A stretch of 64,000 nucleotides of DNA from a virus: IMG/VR virus record IMGVR_UViG_3300030098_005409, one strand, 5' to 3'. Numbering within the stretch: the first letter of the stretch is position 1; every line of letters starts with the position of its first letter. The notes under the pieces are model-generated. The model worked only from the letters and a program-made list of their open reading frames with translations. It made no database searches and was not told the DNA's origin. Both the position numbers and the translations under genes were made by a program. Below are positions 1 through 8,420 of this stretch, piece after piece.

Positions 1-16
1 TTTTTGAATATGACAT
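1..16 (-). CDS. 5' end of a gene running off the window (MSYSK...), possibly IscU/NifU-like
   Basis: ATG at 16..14, 2 nt after the iscA-like stop. Only 5 codons are visible; MSYSK resembles IscU N-termini. Confidence 0.25.
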
Positions 17-18
17 AA

Positions 19-327
19 CTAACTAAATGACATTCCGCAGCCACACGTTGAATTGGCGTCGGGGTTTCTAAACACAAATCCATGCTGTTGTAGTCCAGAT
101 TGGTAATCCACCGTCGTATTCTTTAGTATGTCCGCACTATGTGGATCAATATACACCTTCACACTGGGAATGTCAAGCCGAATATCTTCTTCGTCTACCT
201 CCTGGGTAAAAGCTATAGTATAAGTGAACCCACTACAGCCGCCGCCCACAACAGCAACACGGACCATTTCTCCTTCTTCTACGCCTTCCCTCAGATACTC
301 CTTTGCGCTAGCGGTAAATTCTATCAT
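19..327 (-). CDS. iscA: A-type Fe-S cluster carrier (IscA/SufA/ErpA, HesB family)
   Basis: GGGCSG and C-terminal CGCGMSF motifs. Start moved to the ATG at 327, 1 nt after the RNR stop (track gives 381). Confidence 0.9.
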   Translation of the reverse strand: MIEFTASAKEYLREGVEEGEMVRVAVVGGGCSGFTYTIAFTQEVDEEDIRLDIPSVKVYIDPHSADILKNTTVDYQSGLQQHGFVFRNPDANSTCGCGMSFS

Positions 328-328
328 G

Positions 329-2752
329 TTATCCGCACTTTGCGTACCCGCACACTGTGCAGGTAGCGCAACCCTCAACATAAATTAAACCTTCAGCATC
401 ACACTCAGGACAAGTCTTTTCGGTTGCTTCTTGTCCATCGGGAATGTAATTCTTGAGAATACGAGCAATACACTTTGCGAACGAGAACATATCCGAGTCC
501 TTATCCTTCTGTAGCTGCTCAACAACATACTGAATGTTTGCTCCGTGGCGCAGACCAAGCGAAATCATACGAGTGAAGGCGCTATGGTTTGCGTTATCGA
601 ACACCTTGACGAGGTCCTTGATAATAATCGTATCACCGTTTGTGCCAACGCGCAAGTCATAAATGGAATTTACAGTCTTGCGGGGATTCTTGATTAGAAC
701 ACCTTTTGCTTTACCTCTTGGGATCTCAATAAGATTTGAAAGTCCTCCCATAACCTCATACGGCTTGCCATCAAGAAGGCCAACCATAACAACCCACTTT
801 TCACCCTTAATGGTGGTATGGTGGATGTTGCATTCTAATTCCAAAGGACGCTTTGGCGCGCGGTTCTGCGGGAATGTCTCTTCCTCTTCTTTATCGTTCT
901 CAGTCAGCAGAACGCCAGTTCGGGAGCCATCAACATATACAGTGATACCTTTAAGTCCCATTTCCCAACCCTGCTGGTATAGCTTACCAACAACCTCTGG
1001 AGCAGTGCCCTTTGGAAGATTAATCGTAGAGCTAATAGAATGATCGATAGACTTCTGGATTGCTGCCTGAATAGCCACACGCTGGGACCAATCAATAGAA
1101 TCAGACTCCACAAAGAAATCTGGGATATCCTCAGTTTCTAATAGCTTGAGGTATTCACGGACATTGTGGTGGAATACCTTATACTCCAACCAACGATCTC
1201 CTAGCTCATCCACAAAGTCAGGCGTAACATCTGTTTCGTTATGCGACAGTTTGCGACGGCGAATGTAGTAGTTCTTGAATACGGGCTCCAAACCAGATGA
1301 AGTCTGCGACATAATTGAAACAGAGCCAGTAGGAGCGTTCGTAAGAATAGAAATGTTACGACGACCATGAGTTTGAATTAGAGCTTGTATTTCATCGGGA
1401 AGGCGCTGGATGTAAGCGTTGTTGCTTTCTGTCTCCCAGTCAAACACAGGGAATGCGCCGCGCTCTTGTGCGAGGTAACAACTTTCAGTATAAGCCGTAT
1501 CTCTAACGGTCTCGTAGATTTTATCAATCAATGCCAAAGCCTCGTCTGAATCATAAGCAAGGTTCATCCGAGCGATAGCGTCAGCAAGGCCATGAGTTCC
1601 AAGACCAGTTCTGCGGCCATTTGCGGCGGCATTGTAAAGCTTGGTCCATAGCTCCTTTTCGTCATCCGAATCAGCAACGGCACGAATGTTTTCTAACTTT
1701 TCCAACTCCAACTCTACAAGATTGTCGGAAAGTCGCATGCCCACGGACGCAATCTCTTGTAGCTTATTAAAATCAAAGGAGGCGTTCTCCGTGAAAGCGT
1801 CTTGAACAAGATGTTTTAAGTTTAGAGAAATAAGACGACAAGAATCGTAAGCAGAAAGCGGGATTTCTCCACAGGGGTTCGTGGTCTTCGTTTGAAACTG
1901 TGGATAAGAGTGAGCCGGCAAATTGTTGATAATGTTGTCCCACATCAGAAGTCCGGGCTCTGCCGTCTTAGTAGCTGACTCTACAATGCTGTTCCAAAGC
2001 TCCACTGCGCTGATAGAGCTAATATGCGTTGGAGTCTCGGCATCTACCGGGAAACGAAGTGCAAACTCCTCTCCGTCCCTCACAGCCTCCATAAATTCGT
2101 CTGTAATCTTTACAGAAACATTGGCGCCCGTAACCTTGGTCAGATCGTGCTTCATCTTTACAAACTCTTGAATGTCCGGGTGACGAACATCCATAGAGAT
2201 CATAAGAGCGCCACGACGACCATTCTGTCCGATCATCCGACAAACGTAAGAATAAAAATCAGCAAAAGACCAAGCCCCAGTTGTAGTGCGAGCAGAGTTG
2301 TTAACGGGAGCACCCTCGGGGCGCAAATCAGAAATATCAAGCCCAACCCCACAACGGCGCTTAAACAAGTTAGCAATGTCTTTGCCAGCATCCATAATAG
2401 AAGAAATGGAGTCTTCAGGATTCTCCACGACAACGCAGTTAGATAGTGATACATTAACATAATTATTTCCAATCCCCATCATGGGCGAACCCTGTGGGAC
2501 AATATATTTGAAGTTCTGCAAGTAAGAGTAGATTTCCGATTCGGTGAGATGATTGGACTTGCGACCAATAAACTTATCCTCCATCCGAGCAAACTCAGAA
2601 GCAATGCGGCGATGCATTTCATCAGGGGTCTTTTCAACATAGTTCCCCTTGTTGTCGCGAAGACAATATTTCGTCATAAAGACGTTTGTTGCGAGTTCAT
2701 CGCCATCAAAATAATCGAGTGTGGCCTCTCTTACTTCACCTTCATTATACAT
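329..2752 (-). CDS. nrdJ: Class II (adenosylcobalamin-dependent) ribonucleotide reductase
   Basis: SLSNCVV, TNPCGEIPL catalytic loop, NAPTGSVS, DHSISSTINLP, C-terminal Cys-rich Zn ribbon (CPEC...CATCTVCGYAKCG). No beta-subunit gene adjacent. Confidence 0.88.
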   Translation of the reverse strand: MYNEGEVREATLDYFDGDELATNVFMTKYCLRDNKGNYVEKTPDEMHRRIASEFARMEDKFIGRKSNHLTESEIYSYLQNFKYIVPQGSPMMGIGNNYVNVSLSNCVVVENPEDSISSIMDAGKDIANLFKRRCGVGLDISDLRPEGAPVNNSARTTTGAWSFADFYSYVCRMIGQNGRRGALMISMDVRHPDIQEFVKMKHDLTKVTGANVSVKITDEFMEAVRDGEEFALRFPVDAETPTHISSISAVELWNSIVESATKTAEPGLLMWDNIINNLPAHSYPQFQTKTTNPCGEIPLSAYDSCRLISLNLKHLVQDAFTENASFDFNKLQEIASVGMRLSDNLVELELEKLENIRAVADSDDEKELWTKLYNAAANGRRTGLGTHGLADAIARMNLAYDSDEALALIDKIYETVRDTAYTESCYLAQERGAFPVFDWETESNNAYIQRLPDEIQALIQTHGRRNISILTNAPTGSVSIMSQTSSGLEPVFKNYYIRRRKLSHNETDVTPDFVDELGDRWLEYKVFHHNVREYLKLLETEDIPDFFVESDSIDWSQRVAIQAAIQKSIDHSISSTINLPKGTAPEVVGKLYQQGWEMGLKGITVYVDGSRTGVLLTENDKEEEETFPQNRAPKRPLELECNIHHTTIKGEKWVVMVGLLDGKPYEVMGGLSNLIEIPRGKAKGVLIKNPRKTVNSIYDLRVGTNGDTIIIKDLVKVFDNANHSAFTRMISLGLRHGANIQYVVEQLQKDKDSDMFSFAKCIARILKNYIPDGQEATEKTCPECDAEGLIYVEGCATCTVCGYAKCG

Positions 2753-2754
2753 TG

Positions 2755-4143
2755 TTAATTTTCTCCTTTGTTCTTCTTGAAATTCTTGTATTTTTCTGCA
2801 AGTGACTGCTTTTGCTTTTTAGCATTCACTTCCACATTTTCATCCTCCTCAGATGGCTCCAAAACCTTGATACTGACTGTACTCGTATCCATAAAAATAG
2901 GGAATACAAGCCCATCAGGTCCATTTCTGTTCTTTGCCACAAAAACCCTTCCACTGTTCGCAACCTTATCATCCACAGTTCTTGAAACTGTGAAAATAAA
3001 GTCCGAAACAAAACATTTATTGAACGCTTCTGAGATAGCCTCCATCGTAATAACCTCGGCATTCAATCCAGACCTGTTAGTCTGCGAAGCCGTCCAGATG
3101 GGGCATTGCATCTCCGCCGCAATACCACGGAGTTCTTCGTAAATAGTTTCTAGTTCGTTTCTCTTTTCTCTTTGCGTACGAACCGGACGCAACAAGTCAG
3201 CGTAGTCCACAATAATCATATCTACATCGATATTACGCATTTTTAGCTTTTCAAGGTGCGTCTTGATTGTATGAGTTGTCGCAGACTTTGTCGGATATTC
3301 CTTGACAATCAGACGGCCTTCGATATCCTGAACCTCTTCGTAGATCTTCTCTTTAAACGACATAAGATTGCCCAAAGGCACCTTCGTTAGGCACGAATCA
3401 TAACGAGACGCGATAACCGTATCCTGAAGCTCTAAGGTATAATGTACAACAGTCTTGCCAGCCTTGAGAGCCTGTGTCCCAAGATGGACGAGTACCATTG
3501 ACTTACCGGCGCCAGTCGGAGCAATAACGACACCAAGTTCCTTCTGCCCCAGACCGCCCTTTGAGATATTATCAATTAGATCCCAACCAGTCGAGATAGG
3601 GTTGCGGAAACGAGGCTTGAAGCGTTCTTCAAAGTCTTTCTTCCAATCATAACCCTCGTCGTTGTTCATTCCGAGTCTCAGCGAGTCATTAATAACTTGC
3701 GAGATCTCATCATATGAAGAGTTTTGGAGTAGTCCGATGGACTTGACCATTGCAGACTTGAGATTCTGCTTTTTACAGAAGTCGAGCGACGTATCTTTGA
3801 TATACTCTACGTCTGTAAGATTTGCGATTTGTGAACGCACATAAAACTCACGCACCTGTTTCGCAGTTAGTTCATTCTCTGCGTCCAGATCAGAGCGCAG
3901 GATAGTCTTCATGATATCGCGTGATGGATGGACCCCATACTTCTCGCGATAAGAGAAAACCTTCGTTAAAAATAGTTTTAGGTAGTTTAACTCCAAAAAA
4001 TTAATGTCAAGAACTTCTTCAATCTGGTCAGCAAATGAACGATCATCTAGGATCACCATACAAAGCTTTTCTTGAAAGGACTTGCCGTACTTTGAGAAGT
4101 TGGCGTTTTCATTTTTACCAATAGTAGTTTGATTCATAGCCAT
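2755..4143 (-). CDS. Replicative DNA helicase, DnaB / T4 gp41-like
   Basis: Walker A APTGAGKS, YTLEL, IIVDYADLL, WTASQTNR, VAKNRNG. Confidence 0.92.
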   Translation of the reverse strand: MAMNQTTIGKNENANFSKYGKSFQEKLCMVILDDRSFADQIEEVLDINFLELNYLKLFLTKVFSYREKYGVHPSRDIMKTILRSDLDAENELTAKQVREFYVRSQIANLTDVEYIKDTSLDFCKKQNLKSAMVKSIGLLQNSSYDEISQVINDSLRLGMNNDEGYDWKKDFEERFKPRFRNPISTGWDLIDNISKGGLGQKELGVVIAPTGAGKSMVLVHLGTQALKAGKTVVHYTLELQDTVIASRYDSCLTKVPLGNLMSFKEKIYEEVQDIEGRLIVKEYPTKSATTHTIKTHLEKLKMRNIDVDMIIVDYADLLRPVRTQREKRNELETIYEELRGIAAEMQCPIWTASQTNRSGLNAEVITMEAISEAFNKCFVSDFIFTVSRTVDDKVANSGRVFVAKNRNGPDGLVFPIFMDTSTVSIKVLEPSEEDENVEVNAKKQKQSLAEKYKNFKKNKGEN

Positions 4144-4172
4144 ATCTTACTCTCCTTTCAGTGCTTTGTCAA
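4144..4172 (-). promoter_or_regulatory. Candidate sigma70-type promoter for the helicase
   Basis: TTGACA-17 nt-TAAGAT inside the 3' end of the exonuclease gene. Confidence 0.4.
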
Positions 4173-5115
4173 TACAAATTTTGTTCATAGTGCCGTGCAG
4201 ATCCTCCCAGTTAAAGACGCCAAAGCCATCCTGATTCATCATGCGAAGAATCTCGGTTTTGTTGTAGTCATGCTCGAAATTGTTTAGTGCGTAGTGTACC
4301 TTTTCTTGACTCTGCAACGAGATGGCTGGAGCATATAGCTGCATGAGTTTATAGTTACTTATAACTATGTCTTTGTGCTCTAAAATGTTGGTGAAAAACT
4401 TGGCTTTCGAGTCTGTGTTCTCGCAGAAATCGAAAACCTCGTGTAAAGTCACGTCTTTATCTTCTCTCAGAAAATTAAGATTTTTTGCGATGGACTTGAG
4501 CCCAGCACGAGGAACACCCACAAGATTGTCGGATGCATCGCCGGCGATCGCTCGGGCAACAGCAAAATTACGAGGGTGGATACTGAAATCATCAACCACA
4601 TTTACTTTATTGTGTACAACCTTCTGAGTAGGACGAAGCAACACAGTTTCATCATCACATAGCTGAATGAAGTCCTTGTCGTTGGACACGATAACCTTTT
4701 GCCAGCCTTTGTAGTGCGGAAGGCGACTGACATAAGAGATTATGTCGTCAGCCTCGATCTCATCAAAGCGGAACTGAATGACAGGCAATTCATTTAGATA
4801 CTCGATAAGTCGTACCTGCTGCCATACCATGTTCTCACGTTGCTGCTCGGGCGTAAGGTTATTGGGCCGATTGACCCTAATTGGCTTGCGGCCCTCCTTG
4901 TAATTCTTGTTTTGTTGGCGGCGCTTACGGGAGCCTCCTGGCCCATCCCAGACAATTACGATACTGTCCGGGTTAATATCCCGGCAAAGCTTCTGTAGAA
5001 TGCCCAGAAAACCCTTAAGACCACCAATTGGCTGTCCGTGGATTGAAATACTTGGATTTACAATGAAAGCCCTGAAGTAAGCATTCAGAGCATCCACAAT
5101 CATTACTCTTTTCAT
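4147..5115 (-). CDS. 5'-3' exonuclease / flap endonuclease (PolA N-terminal domain, T4 RNase H-like)
   Basis: IVDALN, VWDG, EADDII, SNDKDFIQL and GDASDNLVGVP acidic motifs. Confidence 0.92.
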   Translation of the reverse strand: MKRVMIVDALNAYFRAFIVNPSISIHGQPIGGLKGFLGILQKLCRDINPDSIVIVWDGPGGSRKRRQQNKNYKEGRKPIRVNRPNNLTPEQQRENMVWQQVRLIEYLNELPVIQFRFDEIEADDIISYVSRLPHYKGWQKVIVSNDKDFIQLCDDETVLLRPTQKVVHNKVNVVDDFSIHPRNFAVARAIAGDASDNLVGVPRAGLKSIAKNLNFLREDKDVTLHEVFDFCENTDSKAKFFTNILEHKDIVISNYKLMQLYAPAISLQSQEKVHYALNNFEHDYNKTEILRMMNQDGFGVFNWEDLHGTMNKICIDKALKGE

Positions 5116-5137
5116 TTGTTATCCCCTAACGTAGAAA

Positions 5138-5180
5138 GCGACTGTGAGGTTATGATACCCCACAGTCGCCTCTTTGTCAA
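5138..5180 (-). promoter_or_regulatory. Sigma70-type promoter embedded in an inverted repeat that may also act as a terminator
   Basis: TTGACA(5180-5175)-17-TATCAT(5157-5152). Arms GCGACTGTG/CACAGTCGC, followed by TTTCT. Confidence 0.7.
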
Positions 5181-5191
5181 CCCTTATTTAT

Positions 5192-6316
5192 CTATTCTTC
5201 TTTATCTACGTCGTAGAAATCGCCTGCGTCTCCCTCGCGATTATCAAACTTCTTGATAATCTCCTCATCCATAATCTTAAATACACGATTTCTAAACTTA
5301 TCATCTTCTAGCTTATCTAACCAATGGGCTGACTGGAACTTTTCTTCTGTGCCATCTTCATAAACTAATGAATACCAAGCTCCTGCTTGCTTCAAATTGT
5401 CGGAGATCTTGATCGCCTCCAACCAACTTTCCCTATCTTGCACCCCGATATCATCTGAACCCCAAAGAATTTTGAAGGCGCAGTTTCTACCGGCAGTTCC
5501 AAATCGTGACTTCTCCAACTTAACTTTTACTTCTGAACCAATACGGAAGCCACTATCATCTACAATAAAGGCAGCCTTTGCCTTTCTTCCTGTCAGCCAA
5601 ATGCGCAGGGAGTACACATAATGCATAGACTTGCCACCCGGAGTGATATAGGGCGTGGTCATAGCAATAATACGCGCGTTTGGACCCTGTGGGATATTCG
5701 TCTTTAACTGGTTGAGAACCAAGAACGCAGACTGTGTGTTTGCGATTGGAACCGTCAGCTTTGACATTCCCTTTGATAGAACACGAGCCTTGACGGCCAT
5801 TGTAGAGTTCGGGTTGAAATCTCCCTCTACATCAGAAACCGTTGGAGTCAGAGCAAGTGAGTCCCAAATGAATAGGGTTCGGGTCGCTCCTGAATCCAAA
5901 ACTGCCTCGACAGTCTCAAGAACATGTTCCACGCTCTGTGCCTGAACGTAAATAAGGTTTTCTAAATCACATCCCGTACGCTCCAAGAAGCTCGGGTCAA
6001 TAGCAGACTCTGCGTCCATATATACAACATTCATACCCATCTTTTGAGCGTTTGCGGCAGTCTGCGCAGCCATAAAAGACTTACCTGTTGCTTCAAGACC
6101 AGCAATCTCAGTAAACTTGCCAACTGGAATTCCAGCCAACTGTCCTCGGCAAATGATTGAATCAAGCCAGCGAGAACCAGTCGGAATCCATTCTTTTACC
6201 TCAGTTGGATTTTCTTGATTTAGATTGTGGGCACACTCCACTCCTGAAGTCTTGTTAATGAGACTTCGTAGACCGTCAATCGAAATCTTGCCAGCCTTTG
6301 ATTTACTCTTCGCCAT
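5192..6316 (-). CDS. recA: RecA / UvsX recombinase
   Basis: IPTGSRWLD, Walker A GLEATGKS, DAESAID, IWDSLA, LNQLK, KSRFG. Confidence 0.93.
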   Translation of the reverse strand: MAKSKSKAGKISIDGLRSLINKTSGVECAHNLNQENPTEVKEWIPTGSRWLDSIICRGQLAGIPVGKFTEIAGLEATGKSFMAAQTAANAQKMGMNVVYMDAESAIDPSFLERTGCDLENLIYVQAQSVEHVLETVEAVLDSGATRTLFIWDSLALTPTVSDVEGDFNPNSTMAVKARVLSKGMSKLTVPIANTQSAFLVLNQLKTNIPQGPNARIIAMTTPYITPGGKSMHYVYSLRIWLTGRKAKAAFIVDDSGFRIGSEVKVKLEKSRFGTAGRNCAFKILWGSDDIGVQDRESWLEAIKISDNLKQAGAWYSLVYEDGTEEKFQSAHWLDKLEDDKFRNRVFKIMDEEIIKKFDNREGDAGDFYDVDKEE

Positions 6317-6467
6317 CTTTAAACCTTTCTAAGTATTTCTTATACATTTCTTCTGCGAAGTCTTTGTGCAAAACCTGAAGGGCTTGCTCAACTTCGTTTA
6401 ATTGGCGCCGCAAATCTAACAGATACCAGATTAAAAGCGCTGTCAGAGTTGCGACGACCAATATCAT
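6303..6467 (-). CDS. Small single-pass membrane protein, 54 aa (MILVVATLTALLIWYLLDLRRQLNEVEQ...DGEE); not in track
   Basis: Translated by hand. Fills the gap between the lipoprotein ORF and recA; hydrophobic N-terminus then coiled-coil-like segment. Confidence 0.65.
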   Translation of the reverse strand: MILVVATLTALLIWYLLDLRRQLNEVEQALQVLHKDFAEEMYKKYLERFKDGEE

Positions 6468-6471
6468 CTTA

Positions 6472-6642
6472 TCACTCTGCGCTATCGTCGTCGTCTACTG
6501 CGGCCGAATCATCATCATCGGTGGCAGAATCATCATCATTGGCGTTGGCAAGCGGACAGCCACTTAGGACCACCATTGCAAAGCCCATGATCAAGCTAAG
6601 AAACGCTGTTAGCACAATTCTATTATTTCGTACGATCATCAT
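6472..6642 (-). CDS. Small predicted lipoprotein with DDD(D)SA repeats, 56 aa; not in track
   Basis: MMIVRNNRIVLTAFLSLIMGFAMVVLSGC-PLANANDDDSATDDDDSAAVDDDDSAE. AAGGA RBS, basic N-region, hydrophobic core, LSGC lipobox. Confidence 0.8.
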   Translation of the reverse strand: MMIVRNNRIVLTAFLSLIMGFAMVVLSGCPLANANDDDSATDDDDSAAVDDDDSAE

Positions 6643-6651
6643 ATATCCTTT

Positions 6652-7182
6652 CTAGTCGAACGTTAGGGTACCGTTTGGAGTCTGGACAGAGACATTGAAG
6701 CCAGACACGAAACTATCTACATCAAAATACCTGAAACGACCGTCCGTGTCAAGCTCTGCGTTAAGAATATCTCCAAAACGAACCTGAACCTCGGTGGAAA
6801 TGTCGCAACGGCCTCGCTTGTAATCATACTGCTCGGTTGAATACTCTAGAGAATACTCTCCCTCATAGATGGTCTCCACAAGACGCTCAGTGATGAAATC
6901 CTGGAAATACTCTTCTCCGCGCTCATACTCATCTAGCTCATCGTTGGCACGCATCTCATTAAGAATGTCGCTACCTTCACTTGGCTCACCGTAGGTACTG
7001 TACACCGGAATACCAGATGCAAGCAGTCCCGCAAGCATACTAGCAGTCGCCGTCTCAGCAACCGAATCAGCAACATATCCATCATTGATATGCCACACAT
7101 CATTGCCCTCCGTGAAAGAGAGGGTTACAAAACTATCCTCTGACATCTCCAGCTTCTGTAGCCGGTTAATAAAATCACTCAT
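6652..7182 (-). CDS. Hypothetical acidic protein
   Basis: 176-aa ORF with GGGAG RBS, in line with its neighbours; no motif recognised. Confidence 0.75.
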   Translation of the reverse strand: MSDFINRLQKLEMSEDSFVTLSFTEGNDVWHINDGYVADSVAETATASMLAGLLASGIPVYSTYGEPSEGSDILNEMRANDELDEYERGEEYFQDFITERLVETIYEGEYSLEYSTEQYDYKRGRCDISTEVQVRFGDILNAELDTDGRFRYFDVDSFVSGFNVSVQTPNGTLTFD

Positions 7183-7203
7183 TTTAAACTCCCTTGTTAA
7201 GTG

Positions 7204-7239
7204 AAAAATGGGGCACCTGTAACCCGTGCCCCCCTGCGG
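7204..7239 (-). other. Hairpin element copy 1 (CCGCAGG-stem-GGGTTACAG-stem-ATTTTT)
   Basis: Stem GGGGCAC/GTGCCCC with following T-tract; second copy at 7453-7489. Confidence 0.7.
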
Positions 7240-7249
7240 TTGGTAGAGT

Positions 7250-7438
7250 TTACCTAGCGTTCTTGGTGTCTTGCACCTCGACGCGAAGCTCCTGGGCTAG
7301 CGTCTTAACTTCCTGCATAGCCTTGCGAACACGAGTTCCAGCAGCGTTATTGTTGCCGTTAAAGAACTTATCGTGATCTTCGCGAGTCTGTTCAAGAAGC
7401 GTAATCAGCGTCTCAAGACGATTCGTGGTATTAGTCAT
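7250..7438 (-). CDS. Histone H1-like (Hc1-family) small DNA-binding protein
   Basis: GNNNAAGTRVRKAMQEVK matches the GNKAAGTRxRKA motif of the family. Confidence 0.7.
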   Translation of the reverse strand: MTNTTNRLETLITLLEQTREDHDKFFNGNNNAAGTRVRKAMQEVKTLAQELRVEVQDTKNAR

Positions 7439-7607
7439 GACTCTTCCTTTCTAAAAGTGAGGCCCCTGTAACCCCGGGCCTCCCTGCGGAGGGGATGTTT
7501 TCCAACTTCACTTGAGCAGCAAGACGTTGCTTTTGAAGGTATTCAATCATTGTAGTGTAGGACTGTATCTCCTCAATAAGCAATTCTTGCTCTCGTGTCG
7601 CTGTCAT
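7431..7607 (-). CDS. Hypothetical 58-aa protein (MTATREQELLIEEIQSYTTMIEYLQKQRLAAQ...); not in track
   Basis: Starts 2 nt after the SSB stop and overlaps the start of the Hc1-like gene; helical/coiled-coil pattern. Confidence 0.55.
   Translation of the reverse strand: MTATREQELLIEEIQSYTTMIEYLQKQRLAAQVKLENIPSAGRPGVTGASLLERKSHD
7453..7489 (-). other. Hairpin element copy 2 (CCGCAGG-stem-GGGGTTACAG-stem-ACTTTT)
   Basis: Stem GAGGCCC/GGGCCTC, with two compensatory pair changes relative to copy 1. Confidence 0.7.
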
Positions 7608-7609
7608 TT

Positions 7610-8386
7610 TTACAGAGAGCCCAACTCTGCGAATGCGGCATCAACAGAGTTAGTTTCACTATCACTGTTCTTGTTGCCATACTTCGTGGTCTCGCTGGAA
7701 ACTGACTCCGGATCCTCGACCTGCGAGTTAATAAAATTATCAAGCATCGTTTGGACATCAGAAGTCGACTTACGCTCAAATAGTCCCCCGAATTCGGGGA
7801 TACCATCAAGAAGCTCAGCGCACTTATCTGGAGTTAAATCCTCACAGAGAGCGGACGAACGTCGTCGCGGGACCAGCTTAGTCTGGGGGAACGACGCTCC
7901 TGGGGGCTTACCGTAAGTAAGAGTAAGGTCAGTGCCTGCCTCCGTATCGGTAATATCACCGTACTCAGGATTGAGCACGAGAGAAAGAAGGTTTTCGTAA
8001 GCCATCTTGCCATAACCCCAGATACGAACTCCGAGATTTTCATCGCCGCGGACCATAACCGGAGAGAAGAAACGCTGACGAACGAAGAGAGACTTTGCGG
8101 TCTTCTTAGAATGCTCGTCGTTGTTATCTACACCCTCGCGCCATAGCTGAGAAGCAAAATCACACACAGGACAGTCATCACCGAAGTTGCGCTTCGGACA
8201 AAGGAATCCGCCCTTTTCAACATTGTAGTGGAAGTGCATTTCCTTGAAGGGGTCGCCATCAGCAGTCGGGACAATACGAATGTCCTGATCACCTTCTGCG
8301 GGACGCCAGAAAACGGAATCTCCACTCTTACCCTCACCTCGCAAGGCTGCGAGCTTTTCTCGCATTTTGTCTAGATTAATACCCAT
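7610..8386 (-). CDS. Single-stranded DNA-binding protein, T4 gp32-like
   Basis: FWRP...IRIVP, HFHY, CP..CPVC Zn ligands, RIWGYGK, acidic tail ending AAFAELGSL. Confidence 0.88.
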   Translation of the reverse strand: MGINLDKMREKLAALRGEGKSGDSVFWRPAEGDQDIRIVPTADGDPFKEMHFHYNVEKGGFLCPKRNFGDDCPVCDFASQLWREGVDNNDEHSKKTAKSLFVRQRFFSPVMVRGDENLGVRIWGYGKMAYENLLSLVLNPEYGDITDTEAGTDLTLTYGKPPGASFPQTKLVPRRRSSALCEDLTPDKCAELLDGIPEFGGLFERKSTSDVQTMLDNFINSQVEDPESVSSETTKYGNKNSDSETNSVDAAFAELGSL

Positions 8387-8420
8387 TTTTTAATCTCCTT
8401 ATTGTTGGGTTAAAGTACGA

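Noticed and set aside
7241-7249. ACTCTACCA shared with the inverted-repeat arm at 53698
   Set aside because: A single 9-mer match in 64 kb is within chance, and the complementary arm is absent here.
7204-7489. The two hairpin copies as a CRISPR mini-array or tRNA
   Set aside because: Only two imperfect copies, separated by a protein gene; no cas genes and no cloverleaf. No CRISPR array, tRNA or rRNA was recognised anywhere in the window.
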